Source: an uncultured delta proteobacterium
GTDB taxonomy: Bacteria; Desulfobacterota; Desulfobacteria; Desulfobacterales; Desulfatirhabdiaceae
Length of the DNA stretch: 64,000 nucleotides
NCBI GenBank assembly: GCA_963789395.1
Contig: CAWBKP010000024.1
Span: 1 to 64,000, forward strand
Direction: 5' to 3'
The notes beneath the pieces are model-generated. The model saw only the letters and a list, made by a program, of their open reading frames with translations. It searched no databases and was not told the origin of the DNA. Position numbers and translations under genes: made by a program. The first letter of the stretch is position 1; each line of letters begins with the position of its first letter. Shown piece by piece: positions 35,132-45,723 of this stretch.

Positions 35132-37735
35132 TTATTTTCTTTTTTTCACGCGATTTGTCGCCTGAGCCGTTACAGGGTCATCCGGCCAGTGATGCTTGGG
35201 ATAGCGGCCCATCAAGTCTTTTTTAACTTCAAAATACGTATGTGCCCAGAAGCTTTTTAAATCTCGGGTCATCTGGACCGGTCGTCCGGCCGGTGACAGC
35301 AGGTGAATCAGAAGAGGTGATTTTCCGGCGGCGATGGTCGGTGTTTCGGTGGCGCCAAACATCTCCTGTAGCCGAACGGCCAGCACAGGAGTATCGCCGC
35401 TGATATAGTCAATGGGAATGCGGGAGCCGCTGGGAACCGTAAAATGGGTAGGAGCCAGAATATCAAGCGCCTGCCGCTGTTTCCAGGATAGGGTGGCAGC
35501 CAGCGCGCTGGAAAGGTCCAGTCGCCGTAGATGCTCTCCTCTTGTGATACCATTAAGATAAGGCAGCAACCATTCATCGAGTGTGTTTATCAGGGTTTCA
35601 TCCGTTACATCCGGCCATTCCATCCCATCGGCATTCAGGCGGCGCAGGAGCAGCACGCGGGCTTGCCATGTGCGAAGGGCTTGGGTCCACGGCAGCAGGT
35701 GAATGCCTGTTTGTCGGATACCGTCGCACATGGCTTCGGCGATTTGCAACGGGTCCGGCTTCAGCAGGGGAAAGTCCTTCAGCACGGCTTTTCCGAAAAG
35801 CACTTCCCGGCGAGCCTTGACCGTCTGGTTTCTGTGATCCCAGGCAATTTCCGACTTTTCGGTGATCTGTTCTGGAAAATGGTTGATGAGGGTTTCATAC
35901 GAAACCGGTGCGGCAAGGAAAATCTTTGTCTCCTGCTGCTCCCCGTCCAATGATGGTGCTACCAGATATGGTTCAGTCAACAGCGGCTCCGTATCTGCAA
36001 AGTAAGCGCCACGGCCGTTGGATAACCGGTAGCGGAGGGTATCTCCCGGCCGCCTGCTCGCGATCCGGTCCGGATAGGCAAAGGCCAGCAGCAGGCCACA
36101 TGCCTCCAGTGGCGTTTGAAGCCCCTGACATTGCAATCGCGATTTCAAGTGATCTGCGGTTTTCAGTACCCGCCGGCAGGTGGAGATATCCACGGTCAAG
36201 TCGGCGACATCACTTCCTGATGAAACCTTGCGCCGCGAGTCTGTCCCTAAGGAACGCAGTTCAGCCACCCGAAGGCGCATGTCCGTATCGCGTTGCCCCG
36301 GCGGGAAAAACAGAATATCTCTTTCTTCCAAAAGTGCGGCCAGCTCGCAGGCAAGATCCCCCAAGCCAAGGGATTTCCCGCTGCAGATCATGTGCCCCAG
36401 TCGCGGGTGAAGTCCCAGGCCGGATAACTTTTTGCCGTGCCCGGTGATCTGTCCCTGGCTGTCCAATGCTCCCAGACGGATCAAGAGCATTCTGGCCTGA
36501 TTGAAAGCCGCATCAGGCGGCGGGTCAAGCCAGGAAAGCCGGTTTGGATCTGAAATCCCCCAGGCAGCCAGCTCAAGCGCCAGCGGGGTCAGGTCCGTGT
36601 TCAGGATTTCCGGGCTGCCATGAGACGGCAGCAATCTGTGACGGTCTTTGGACCATAATCGATAGCAGATGCCCGGTTCAAGGCGGCCGGCACGGCCCCG
36701 TCGCTGGTCCGCCGTATCCCGGTTGACGGGGATGGTTATTAACCGGGCCATGCCGCTTCCGACATCATATCTGGAAACGCGCATCAATCCGGAATCGATG
36801 ACGATCCGAATGCCTTCGATGGTTAAGCTGGTTTCGGCAATGGATGTTGACAGAACGATTTTTCGCTTGCCGATGGGCGCCGGTTCAATCGCCAGATCCT
36901 GGGATTTGCCGGGCAGGCCGCCATAAAGAGGGGCGATCAATATCGAGGAATCGGGCTGCACGCTAATCAGACGGTCACGGACCTGCCTGATTTCACGGAT
37001 GCCCGGCAAAAAAACAAGAATGCTGCCATTTTCTTCCCGCAGCGCATGCAAAACCGCATTGGTTATGGATACCGCCGTGCTCAAGGGTTCAGATCCGGGG
37101 CGGTATCGGGTTTCCACTGGAAATTGCCGTCCCTGTACCTGAACAATGGGGGCCTTTCCCATAAGGGCGGAGATAACTTCGGTATCGAGTGTGGCCGACA
37201 TCACAAGGAGCCTTAGATCCGGGCGAAACCCTTCCTGGCTGTCCAGGCAAAGGGCCAGGCCCGTATCGGCATGAATGCTGCGCTCATGAAATTCGTCGAA
37301 AATGACAAGTCCGATACCGGTAAGTGCCGGATCATTTTGAATAAAGCGGGTCAGAACGCCTTCTGTGACCACTTCGATTCGTGTGGCAGCGCTCACTTTC
37401 CGCTCCAGTCGCATCCGATACCCGACGGTTTGACCTACTGCTTCATTCATCAGGTACGCCATGCGTCTTGCCGCTGCCCGGGCAGCCAGGCGGCGGGGTT
37501 CCAGCAAAATGATTTTTTGTCCCGCCAGCCATGCTTCGGTGTAGAGGGAAAGCGGAACCAGGGTCGTTTTGCCGGCCCCCGGTGGCGCTGCAAGGACTGC
37601 ATTCCGGTGTGTCTGAAGGACCCGTTTAAGTTCCGGAAGATGCGCTTCGATGGGAAGAGATGTTGCAGCTGTTGCCAAGGAACTGATCCGAATAGATTGA
37701 ATGAAAACGATTCCATCTCTGCAGGCCGATGGCAT
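35132..37735 (-). CDS. hrpB: ATP-dependent helicase HrpB (start uncertain)
   Basis: APPGAGKTT, DEFHERS, MSATLD, IAETSLTIEG, QRRGRAGR, C-terminal GRYPKHHWPDDP. Confidence 0.96.
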   Translation of the reverse strand: MPSACRDGIVFIQSIRISSLATAATSLPIEAHLPELKRVLQTHRNAVLAAPPGAGKTTLVPLSLYTEAWLAGQKIILLEPRRLAARAAARRMAYLMNEAVGQTVGYRMRLERKVSAATRIEVVTEGVLTRFIQNDPALTGIGLVIFDEFHERSIHADTGLALCLDSQEGFRPDLRLLVMSATLDTEVISALMGKAPIVQVQGRQFPVETRYRPGSEPLSTAVSITNAVLHALREENGSILVFLPGIREIRQVRDRLISVQPDSSILIAPLYGGLPGKSQDLAIEPAPIGKRKIVLSTSIAETSLTIEGIRIVIDSGLMRVSRYDVGSGMARLITIPVNRDTADQRRGRAGRLEPGICYRLWSKDRHRLLPSHGSPEILNTDLTPLALELAAWGISDPNRLSWLDPPPDAAFNQARMLLIRLGALDSQGQITGHGKKLSGLGLHPRLGHMICSGKSLGLGDLACELAALLEERDILFFPPGQRDTDMRLRVAELRSLGTDSRRKVSSGSDVADLTVDISTCRRVLKTADHLKSRLQCQGLQTPLEACGLLLAFAYPDRIASRRPGDTLRYRLSNGRGAYFADTEPLLTEPYLVAPSLDGEQQETKIFLAAPVSYETLINHFPEQITEKSEIAWDHRNQTVKARREVLFGKAVLKDFPLLKPDPLQIAEAMCDGIRQTGIHLLPWTQALRTWQARVLLLRRLNADGMEWPDVTDETLINTLDEWLLPYLNGITRGEHLRRLDLSSALAATLSWKQRQALDILAPTHFTVPSGSRIPIDYISGDTPVLAVRLQEMFGATETPTIAAGKSPLLIHLLSPAGRPVQMTRDLKSFWAHTYFEVKKDLMGRYPKHHWPDDPVTAQATNRVKKRK

Positions 37736-37823
37736 CTTTTTTTGACGATCACTAAATGGTTAACGAATTTAATGATTGTGAATGGACAAAAGAATAGGAT
37801 GCAGGTATCGGATAAAAAGTCGT

Positions 37824-38099
37824 CTATTCATTGATGCAGCTTCTTTTCTGCGCCTGCTTGATCAACTGAAGCAAACCGGTAATTTTGGGTTTTGGCCGGC
37901 TTTTCAACAGATTTTCAAAATCCCGATTCGAAAGCTTGTTTTTGAGGTAGTTCATCACGTCAAAATACTCCCACCAGCAATCACAGATCTTGAAGCAGGG
38001 CAGGGTGTCATCGCCTACATCCAGACAATATCCGAATTTAACGGGCCCTCCAAGCCTGGGGCAGCGCCGTTCCATATCAAGATTCTCAAGTTCCGACAT
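37824..38099 (-). CDS. Small Cys-containing hypothetical protein
   Basis: AGGAG RBS; RRCPRLGG...YC...PCFKICDCWWE; co-oriented between hydrolase and hrpB. Confidence 0.75.
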   Translation of the reverse strand: MSELENLDMERRCPRLGGPVKFGYCLDVGDDTLPCFKICDCWWEYFDVMNYLKNKLSNRDFENLLKSRPKPKITGLLQLIKQAQKRSCINE

Positions 38100-38129
38100 T
38101 TACAGCTCCTTCCGGTTCACGTTCGTTTA

Positions 38130-38900
38130 CTACCGTAGATTCCGGGTTAAAAAGCCATGAATTGCCTGATTCACTTCAAGCGGCTTTTCAATGGGGGAGA
38201 AATGCCCTGCTCCTTCGATGACTGCCATTTCAGCATTTTTAATGCTGTTTGCTATAAAGGTTCCGTATTTTACCGGGGTTAATTTATCATCGGTTGCAGT
38301 CAGTACAAGAACCGGTACTTTGATCAACCCAAGTTTATCCGTTACGTTGAAACCGTCGCATGCCCGAAAGTCACCCGATGCAACAGCCGGCCGGCATATC
38401 GTACACGCCTCGATTTCAGGCCGAAGCTTTTCAGCGTTGCTTTTTCCAGAAATGGCAAAGGAAAAAAGACTTTCCACAAAGTCTTTGTAGTTTTTTTCGA
38501 TTGTTTCAAAGATTACTGGTAATACTTTTAATCTTGCACCGGTGTTGATAAGAATACCTGCGGAGAAACGCTCCCTGTGGCTGAAAAGTAGCTGCTGCGT
38601 AATGGCACCGCCCATGCTCAGCCCGCAAGGAACAGGCCTTGGCGCCTGGATCATATCAATAAAATGGAGAACCGCATCGGCATAGTCGGAGACGTTTTCT
38701 TTGCCCGGACCTTGACTGGTGCCATGGCCGGGAAGATCAATCGCAAGCGTATTCACAATTTCTGAAAAATATTCAACCTGCGGTTTCCAGAAAGCATTAT
38801 TTGAAGCCGCCCCATGAATAAAAATCAATGTCGGCTTGTCCGGATCAAGCGGCCAGTGGCTTGCAGTAAATCCGATTCCCCCCATTTCCAGATTTTCCAC
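38130..38900 (-). CDS. Alpha/beta fold hydrolase
   Basis: FIHGA, DLPGHG, GLSMGG nucleophile elbow, Asp in DDKLTP, AGH. Confidence 0.92.
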   Translation of the reverse strand: MENLEMGGIGFTASHWPLDPDKPTLIFIHGAASNNAFWKPQVEYFSEIVNTLAIDLPGHGTSQGPGKENVSDYADAVLHFIDMIQAPRPVPCGLSMGGAITQQLLFSHRERFSAGILINTGARLKVLPVIFETIEKNYKDFVESLFSFAISGKSNAEKLRPEIEACTICRPAVASGDFRACDGFNVTDKLGLIKVPVLVLTATDDKLTPVKYGTFIANSIKNAEMAVIEGAGHFSPIEKPLEVNQAIHGFLTRNLR

Positions 38901-39354
38901 GATAAATCCCCTCCTTCAATATTTTATTGTGTTCTTTTATGTCAATGTTACCAGTGATCGCCGCTCTTGATCAGTCTGAGATCAGCCCGATGTCACAGAT
39001 TTCTTCAATGGCTGTTCTTCATAATAATTGCTAAAGTTTTCTGATTGCATAGGTATCATATGGTTTTTATTAAAAATACAATGTGTTCATAGTGACGGAA
39101 ATCAACTGCCATGTCAATCAATAAGCGATTCCTGCCTGTGGAAAAGTTGCTATTTAAGACCCTGGGCGGCGAGGCAGGAGAGTTTTTTGTGATGCCATCA
39201 ATAAATGTAACCTTTGCCGTTTATAATCGTTTTACATACAAAAGCTAACGAGCGCGCCGATAGTCATTCAAAACCAGGGGGATATTTTCCGTCGAAAGGC
39301 GGTGATCTCCATTTCAAAACAACTCAAATTACCGAAAAGCAAAAGGAGAATGTA

Positions 39355-39885
39355 ATGAAAAAGCACTTTGTCAGCATGATTATGTTATTTGTATTAGGCT
39401 TGTTCGGGGCGGGAATGTGTCTTGCCGGACAGGGTAATGGACCCGGAAATGGGACCGGGCCGATTCATGACATTTTTTCGGGGGTTCTGTTTACGTTTGA
39501 CGGAGAGGTGGTAAGTTGTGCACAAGGTGGCGGGATGACGCTTGATACCACCGATGGTGAAGTGCTGCTTTACGGCATCGGGCCGGACTATTACTGGGAG
39601 AAACTGGGAGTAGATCATCCGGCAATCGGAGATATTTTGACTGCAACCGGTTATACCGTTGATTACAATGGCATTGATAGAAATGTGGTCACTTCGATAA
39701 CAATTGATGGCATAACTGTTGATTTGCGAGATCCGGAAACCGGAAAACCCTTATGGCGGGGAACCAAAGGGTGCGCCGGATCCGGCTGTTCAACCGGTTT
39801 CGGGAATTCCGGTAGCTCCGGTGGAAATGCCGGATCGGGAGGTCCCGCTTCCTCTGGTGGTTCTAAAGGGGGAGCGTGTAAATAG
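39355..39885 (+). CDS. Exported hypothetical protein with Gly/Ser-rich tail
   Basis: AAGGAG RBS, signal peptide MKKHFVSM...MCLA; GIGPDYYW...GDILTATG...LRDPETGKPLW. Confidence 0.8.
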   Translation: MKKHFVSMIMLFVLGLFGAGMCLAGQGNGPGNGTGPIHDIFSGVLFTFDGEVVSCAQGGGMTLDTTDGEVLLYGIGPDYYWEKLGVDHPAIGDILTATGYTVDYNGIDRNVVTSITIDGITVDLRDPETGKPLWRGTKGCAGSGCSTGFGNSGSSGGNAGSGGPASSGGSKGGACK

Positions 39886-39927
39886 CGGTAGAGGTGTCCC
39901 TTCTCATTTTACCCGTCTGTTTACCTC

Positions 39928-39964
39928 TTGAAAAGGTTCTTTCGCTCTGAAAGAACCTTTTCAA
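39928..39964. terminator. Perfect 16-bp inverted repeat, probable terminator
   Basis: TTGAAAAGGTTCTTTC-gctct-GAAAGAACCTTTTCAA. Confidence 0.75.
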
Positions 39965-40225
39965 ACAATTACTGCTGAAAATATCTTGTATCACCTTCGC
40001 TTCAAGCACCCCAGTCATTATTATTTGATTTGACCAATGGTTGAAGATTCCATAAAATCATGGCGATTAAATCCATTTGAATATAGCCTGTAGCAGGTGT
40101 CTTCAAAAAACGGGATGAACGTACGCAAAAAAAATCAAATAAATTCTGTCTGCTTACCCCGACCGAATCCATGTCTTTCAGAATAAACTGTGTAGCCTGA
40201 TAAAGAGAACAGGAGGGATGCTGTC

Positions 40226-41041
40226 GTGCCAAAACCACTTAACGCCATGGCCATTTTTCAGCTCCTGGACAAGTCCAACTGCAGGCAGTGCGGCGAAAAA
40301 ACCTGCATGGCCTTTGCCGGAGCCGTATTCACGGGCCGTCGCCCGCTGTCGGAATGCCCCAGGCTGGACCGGCGTCTCCTCGATGAGTATTCCGATGATC
40401 CTCGAAACGGGTATGATGTGGAACAAAACCGGGATGATTTTCTGGAAAATCTCAAAAATCAGATCCAGGATGTCGATTTGAAGGCCGCAGCAGGGCGAAC
40501 CGGCGGGCGGTATGAAAACGACAGCCTGATTATCAAAGTGATGGGCAAGGATTTTGCCATCACCCAAAAGGGTATGATTTCAACCGACATACATGTCAAT
40601 CCATGGGTGACGGCCCCGTTTCTTAATTATGTTCTGTATGGAAAAGGCATGGATCCCACCGGTGACTGGCGGTCATTCCGAGAGCTGGCGGACGGCAGGG
40701 AAAGGTATCCGTTGTTTCAGAAGCGATGTGAGGAACAGATGAAACAGGTGGCGGACAGCTACACCGAACTTTTTGACGACATGGTGCATCTTTTTAATGG
40801 TAAGCAGGTGGATCCGCAGTTCCAATCGGATATCTCAGTCGTGCTTCATCCCCTGCCAAAGGTGCCCATTATGGTGTGTTACTGGCTGCCGGAAGAGGGG
40901 ATGCAATCCAGCCTTAATGTGTTTTTTGATCAGACAGCCGATAAAAATCTCGATATCGGATCGATTTTCAGTTTAGGGGCAGGGTTGGCGCAGATGTTCA
41001 CCCGTCTGGCCAGAAGGCATGGGTTGGCGATGTCTCACTAA
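40226..41041 (+). CDS. Fe-S domain plus DUF3786-like protein
   Basis: N-terminal SNCRQCGEKTCMAFA...CP 4Fe-4S motif; WRSFREL and PLPKVP patterns; GGAGG RBS. Confidence 0.82.
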   Translation: MPKPLNAMAIFQLLDKSNCRQCGEKTCMAFAGAVFTGRRPLSECPRLDRRLLDEYSDDPRNGYDVEQNRDDFLENLKNQIQDVDLKAAAGRTGGRYENDSLIIKVMGKDFAITQKGMISTDIHVNPWVTAPFLNYVLYGKGMDPTGDWRSFRELADGRERYPLFQKRCEEQMKQVADSYTELFDDMVHLFNGKQVDPQFQSDISVVLHPLPKVPIMVCYWLPEEGMQSSLNVFFDQTADKNLDIGSIFSLGAGLAQMFTRLARRHGLAMSH

Positions 41042-41083
41042 TCGGGTCGATGCTGATTCCGGAAAAAGCCGCCCCTGTCATCA

Positions 41084-41455
41084 TTACACATCCCAGAGCC
41101 GGAGCAGACGTTTTCCTTCCTTGAGCTCGCCGCGCAACTTCTCCATATGACGCAGGGTGGCAACTTCGCGCTCCAGATCCGTCTCGTTGATTTGAAGTCG
41201 AGCCAATATCTTTCCGGGCTCAGTGGGCCCTTCCTTTCGAACCAAAGCAAGAATCTCTTTTTGAAGCGGGGTTAGCTGGGATTCATAATCCTGGTTATTG
41301 ACAAACGACTTGGCGCTGTATACGGCCCAGGGTTCGCATGCCTTTGCCGGAGAAAGCTTTTCCATGTAGCAATCCTCGCAAAGTATCTGGCCAAGATGGT
41401 GTCTGTCTTCCCCCTCGGCGATATTGATTTTGCATTTTTCGCACTGCAGCACCAT
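41084..41455 (-). CDS. Hypothetical protein with CxxC/CxxC metal finger and winged-helix-like C-terminus
   Basis: CEKC...H...LCEDC...CEPWAV; LTPLQKEILALVRKEG...LEREVATLRHME; GGAGGG RBS. Confidence 0.8.
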   Translation of the reverse strand: MVLQCEKCKINIAEGEDRHHLGQILCEDCYMEKLSPAKACEPWAVYSAKSFVNNQDYESQLTPLQKEILALVRKEGPTEPGKILARLQINETDLEREVATLRHMEKLRGELKEGKRLLRLWDV

Positions 41456-41481
41456 GCCCCTCCCTCATGTAGATTTTCGTC

Positions 41482-41640
41482 TCACACCCCCAGATGCCGG
41501 GTCATGCTTTCCAAGAGCTTATTGGCCGGTGCCGCACCTTCAGCACGGCGGCCAAATTCGCTGATGATTTTACCCTGAACCATTGCCTTTGTAAAGACCG
41601 GATCAAAGAAGATCCGGTCCATCATTGTACAGGAAACATG
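41482..41640 (-). pseudogene. Possible C-terminal remnant of a MinD/ParA-type Fe-S ATPase (COG1149-like)
   Basis: DRIFFDPVFTKAMVQGKIISEF resembles the GxIPFDPxFTKAMVQG end of this family (recalled); no P-loop upstream. Confidence 0.4.
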
Positions 41641-41868
41641 TCGATGCCGTTTTATGATAATATTTTGACTGGTCGTGCGGCAAAATGGTATGAGAACAGG
41701 TCCGGGCCGAAGTCTTTCAGCCAACAAGCTCTTGCCATTGTTGCTTCGCTTGCTCCGGAAGAATTCCATGAAACTTCAGAATGCCGGGGAGACTTTGCCA
41801 GTTTACCAGTCTGTCCCGGTGAGAAAGCTGCCGAAAAATGCTGAATGCCTTGATGGCCTATCCGTGAC

Positions 41869-43461
41869 CTAAGGGGTGGTCTTGATTTCATCCTGATGCG
41901 CATTGATTCTGTCCTGTTTGGACCATGGAAGCTTCAGATAGTTCTTGATCATGCGCAAGGGATTGCCGGCTTTGGGATCAGTGACTTTTGACTTTGCAGG
42001 CGAAACACGCTGCCGTTTCGATTGAATTTTTTGCAGCCGTGACTGTCCGAGATGATATGTCCGAATCGCTATCGCCACCTGATCCGCCAGCATCTGCAGA
42101 AGTTTTATTTGGGGTTTGAGGTTTGTGAATTCCATCAGATCCAGACCCAGTACAATCACACCTACTTCTTCGCCATAGGCTGCCATTGGGATACAGGCGA
42201 TGCCCTCCTTATCAAAAAGTTGGATGATTTCTTTGTCCAATGTACCGGGTGCATCGTCTCTGGATCGATTAAAGGAGTTAACGACCATTCGGGTATGAAG
42301 AGACTCAATCAAGAGGCTTTTGTCCATCTTCATCGGAACAATCAGGTCTTTGATTATTGCGGATTTTTCGGCATCCGGAAGGGCTACCCCCAGAAGTGCG
42401 TTGCCTGCGGAGTCGCAGGAAAAGAAAAGAAATGTGCCGAGATCAAAAAGTATTTGGAGTCCTTGAGCGGCTTCCGTCCATATTGCCGTTTCATCGGTCG
42501 CGCCCAGCAGATTCTGGACGGTGTTCAGTAACAGTGACCTTTCCCATACTTCTTTGGTAAGATTTATTTCCTTGTCACGGTCATTTTTCGAATATTCAAA
42601 ATCATTGGCCTTGAACGGCTCTATTTCAATATTTAAAGATTCGGCCATCGTCTTTAATTCGTCATCGGTCTGGTGCAAAAATTCTTCGGAATCAGAATGC
42701 GTGAATCCAAATAATTTTTCAGATGCAGTGAAACCTTCACTGATTTTCTGATCGGAATCATTGCTCAGTAAGTTTGACACATAGATAAATTGGGCCAAGG
42801 GAGGTGCGGTCAGCATACTGTAAAGCGAGTGGTGGTGACATAGTACCGCGTCGACGATATTGTGTTTAAAATTCCACTTCTTCAGCAGCCAGGCCCCGAT
42901 TTCAGCATGATTTGCGCCCAACTGGGTTTCTCCAGCCAGGATTAACTCTGGTTGTCCCTTTCTTTTTTTGAGAAGATCTGAATATTGATCCGGAAAATTT
43001 ATCCAGAGAACGATCTTGCCGAGGTCATGGAGCATTCCAAACAGGAAAGCTTCTTCCGGGTCATGAAATTTTTGTTTCTTGGCGATTGATTTTGCCAGGA
43101 TTGCGCACCGTAATGAGTGCCACCAGAAGTGTTTTAAATTAAAACCTGCTCCGGATTTGACTTTCTGGAAAACTTCATGAACGGAACTGCAGATGGCAAT
43201 ATTCTTGATGGCATTTGTTCCCAGAAAGATGACGGCTCCCTCAACATTGCGGATTTGGTTGTCTTTTGAATAGTACGCCGAGTTCACCAGTTTAAGGACC
43301 CGGCTGGATAGAGCCGGATCTTTTTCGATGATGCCGGAGATTTCCTTGAGGCTGCCACTGTCCGAATTGCAGGTTTTGATCAGCTGCAAGAGAATATGCG
43401 GAAGTGTCGGTATATGATTTAACCGAGATAGTTTTTCCAATAAAGTCTTGTCTAAATACAT
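41869..43461 (-). CDS. HDOD-GAF signalling protein with vestigial HisKA tail
   Basis: IPTLPHIL, DPALSSRVLKLVNSAYY, FWWHSL, GMLHDLGK, HAEIGAWLLKKW; GAF ACIPMAAYGEEVGVI...LADQVAIAI. Confidence 0.88.
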   Translation of the reverse strand: MYLDKTLLEKLSRLNHIPTLPHILLQLIKTCNSDSGSLKEISGIIEKDPALSSRVLKLVNSAYYSKDNQIRNVEGAVIFLGTNAIKNIAICSSVHEVFQKVKSGAGFNLKHFWWHSLRCAILAKSIAKKQKFHDPEEAFLFGMLHDLGKIVLWINFPDQYSDLLKKRKGQPELILAGETQLGANHAEIGAWLLKKWNFKHNIVDAVLCHHHSLYSMLTAPPLAQFIYVSNLLSNDSDQKISEGFTASEKLFGFTHSDSEEFLHQTDDELKTMAESLNIEIEPFKANDFEYSKNDRDKEINLTKEVWERSLLLNTVQNLLGATDETAIWTEAAQGLQILFDLGTFLFFSCDSAGNALLGVALPDAEKSAIIKDLIVPMKMDKSLLIESLHTRMVVNSFNRSRDDAPGTLDKEIIQLFDKEGIACIPMAAYGEEVGVIVLGLDLMEFTNLKPQIKLLQMLADQVAIAIRTYHLGQSRLQKIQSKRQRVSPAKSKVTDPKAGNPLRMIKNYLKLPWSKQDRINAHQDEIKTTP

Positions 43462-43556
43462 AATGCGAAAAACCTTATGTGAAAGGGGGCAGCGTGTGAC
43501 ACCATGCCGAAAGAAAACAACACGAAAAAATGTCGGCTTATGGCTAAACATCTATA

Positions 43557-43573
43557 TGCAATTGACATGCCGG
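43557..43573 (-). promoter_or_regulatory. Sigma-54 -24/-12 promoter of the HDOD gene
   Basis: Minus strand CCGGCATGTCAATTGCA has exact GG-N10-GC spacing. Confidence 0.7.
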
Positions 43574-44132
43574 AATATGATAAAAAAACATATTTATCAG
43601 CAAATTTAGCAAGCAAGACTTTTCATGTTTGAAAAATCAATTCATAATATCTTATTGAATAAGCATTTAGATGCTGATTGCGTGGTTGGAGTGATTGACT
43701 GATCCATAAGATATTTTTTATTTTAAAAGTTGTAAAACAAACGCAATCGACAAAAAACGTCAATTTTTAAACGATATTTTGACAAAAAGATTTTTTTAGA
43801 TAAAATATTGTAGACTTAAAACGTAGTTATTCATACAGGGTTGATACCAATCTTCTCAAAAATATCTCAAGCTGATAAGTATAACCACTTGTTGGGAAGA
43901 GGGCGCAATGTTTTCTTATAATTGCAGGCCGATTCACCTGCAACCCACCAAGAGATCCGAAGTGATAATGACGCTTCTGAAGCGTATAATCTGTAAGCAA
44001 ACACCGGGCATATCTAAAAATACGTAAATACAAATTATGGTTCAAAGAAATGAAAGTGCCGGATGGAAAAACCACAGGAGAGAATTGATGCGGTTTTCTA
44101 TGATAAGCCAATAGCCAAGGGAGGACAAGAAT

Positions 44133-44831
44133 ATGAACAGATATCAATCAAAGCATGCTGTATGTGTCCTTGCAGTCATGATGATATTGGGGTTGCTCAT
44201 GGATGGTGTCGCAACCGTTAATGCTGAAGACATGACCGAGGCCCAGGGGATTGTGGACAAGTCCAGGATTACGCTTGGTGCATTTTTGCGTGATAAGAAT
44301 TACACCTGGCTCAATGAAAACCTCAAGAATGCCAAAGGAATTCTGATTTATCCTCAAGTTCTCAAGGCTGGTTTTTTTCTTGGCGGTTCCGGCGGCACCG
44401 GTGTGCTTCTTGTCAAGGACAACAATAAAGGGGACTGGAGCCAACCGGCTTTTTATACTGTGGGCGCTGTCAGTTTTGGTCTTCAGATCGGAGGTGAAGC
44501 ATCTGAGACCGTAATCCTTGCAATGACGCAGAAAGCTGTGGATAGCCTTTTCACTTCGTCCTTCAAGCTGGGAGGCGACGCTTCCGTGGCCTTGGGGCCG
44601 GTGGGCGCCGGTGCGAAGTCGGATGTGACAACGGATTTTATCGCTTTCTCAAAAAGCAAGGGAATCTATGGCGGGATAAACCTTGAGGGTTCAGTGGTGG
44701 GTGTGAGGGACAGTCTCAACAAGGCGTACTATGGCAAGGAGGTCAGCCCCGTGCAGATCATTGTTGAGCGAAAGGCCAGCAACAAGGGGTCCTCCAAGCT
44801 ACGTGCTGTTTTGAAGAAGGCAGGGAAGTAG
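44133..44831 (+). CDS. Lipid-binding SYLF (Ysc84) domain protein, exported
   Basis: [46 protein letters not shown]; signal peptide. Confidence 0.92.
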   Translation: MNRYQSKHAVCVLAVMMILGLLMDGVATVNAEDMTEAQGIVDKSRITLGAFLRDKNYTWLNENLKNAKGILIYPQVLKAGFFLGGSGGTGVLLVKDNNKGDWSQPAFYTVGAVSFGLQIGGEASETVILAMTQKAVDSLFTSSFKLGGDASVALGPVGAGAKSDVTTDFIAFSKSKGIYGGINLEGSVVGVRDSLNKAYYGKEVSPVQIIVERKASNKGSSKLRAVLKKAGK

Positions 44832-44902
44832 TATGCAATTTAGAAGTTGAGCGGCAAGAATTGGAGACATCTATAAACCCGAACAATGAAAGAGGTGTTA
44901 CG

Positions 44903-45304
44903 ATGAGTATGATACAAGAATTTAAGAAATTTGCAATGAGAGGCAATGTTGTAGACATGGCGGTGGGTATCATTATGGGAGCCGCCTTTGGAAAAATTGT
45001 ATCTTCTTTCGTCGCTGATGTGATCATGCCTCCGATAGGGCTTCTTATTGGTGGTGTTAATTTTACAAATCTTGCCATCACTATCAAAGATGCGGTAGGA
45101 GAAACTGCTGCGGTCACAATTAATTATGGTAAATTCATTCAAAACATTTTTGATTTTCTTATAATCGCCGTTGCCATTTTCATGGCCATTAAAGCGATGA
45201 ACTCAATAATGAAAAAAGAGGAGGAAGCCCCGGCGCCGCCGCCAGCACCCACAAAGGAAGAATTGCTTCTAACGGAGATACGGGACATTCTGAAACAGAA
45301 ATAA
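44903..45304 (+). CDS. mscL: Large-conductance mechanosensitive channel
   Basis: [40 protein letters not shown]. Confidence 0.98.
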   Translation: MSMIQEFKKFAMRGNVVDMAVGIIMGAAFGKIVSSFVADVIMPPIGLLIGGVNFTNLAITIKDAVGETAAVTINYGKFIQNIFDFLIIAVAIFMAIKAMNSIMKKEEEAPAPPPAPTKEELLLTEIRDILKQK

Positions 45305-45723
45305 TTTTATTTCGTATAGCCAATTGGGGTGTCTGGGTTTTTCGCTCCCGGGCCCCGCTTCGCCCTGCAGGTTCGAACTGACCGATTTCAATGAAATCCG
45401 GGGTATCGAGCCAGCTCATTTTCCATTTATTGACACAGGTGGTAGAATCATGATAATATTTAATTAATCAGCTGATGTTATTCTGCTGAGTCCCCCTATA
45501 CACCACATAGAATTGATCAACATATTTTTCAACGGCTTGCAAATTTGATGTCACTGATGATGGCATAAAATCATCCTGTTGTCGCAAATTTATTACTACA
45601 GCCTCAAGCGTTCGGCGTAGCCACTAAAGTGCAATGCGGGTTCACTCCCGGAATGAAAAAGTCTGCTTTTTCATAGACAGCCGAACGGGGAGAACTTGCC
45701 TCAAAAAGCATGGAGGATGAAAA

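Noticed and set aside
39355..39885. Magnetosome island inferred from a MamS/MamX-like motif
   Set aside because: No other mam or mad genes and no magnetochrome heme motifs in this protein.
45320..45420. GC-rich segment after mscL with a short GATTTC/GAAATC palindrome
   Set aside because: May be a dispersed repeat, but there is only one copy in the window and no clear structure to assign.
45636..45651. tRNA T-arm-like GGGTTCACTCCC
   Set aside because: The loop is 6 nt and there is no valid cloverleaf or anticodon arm.
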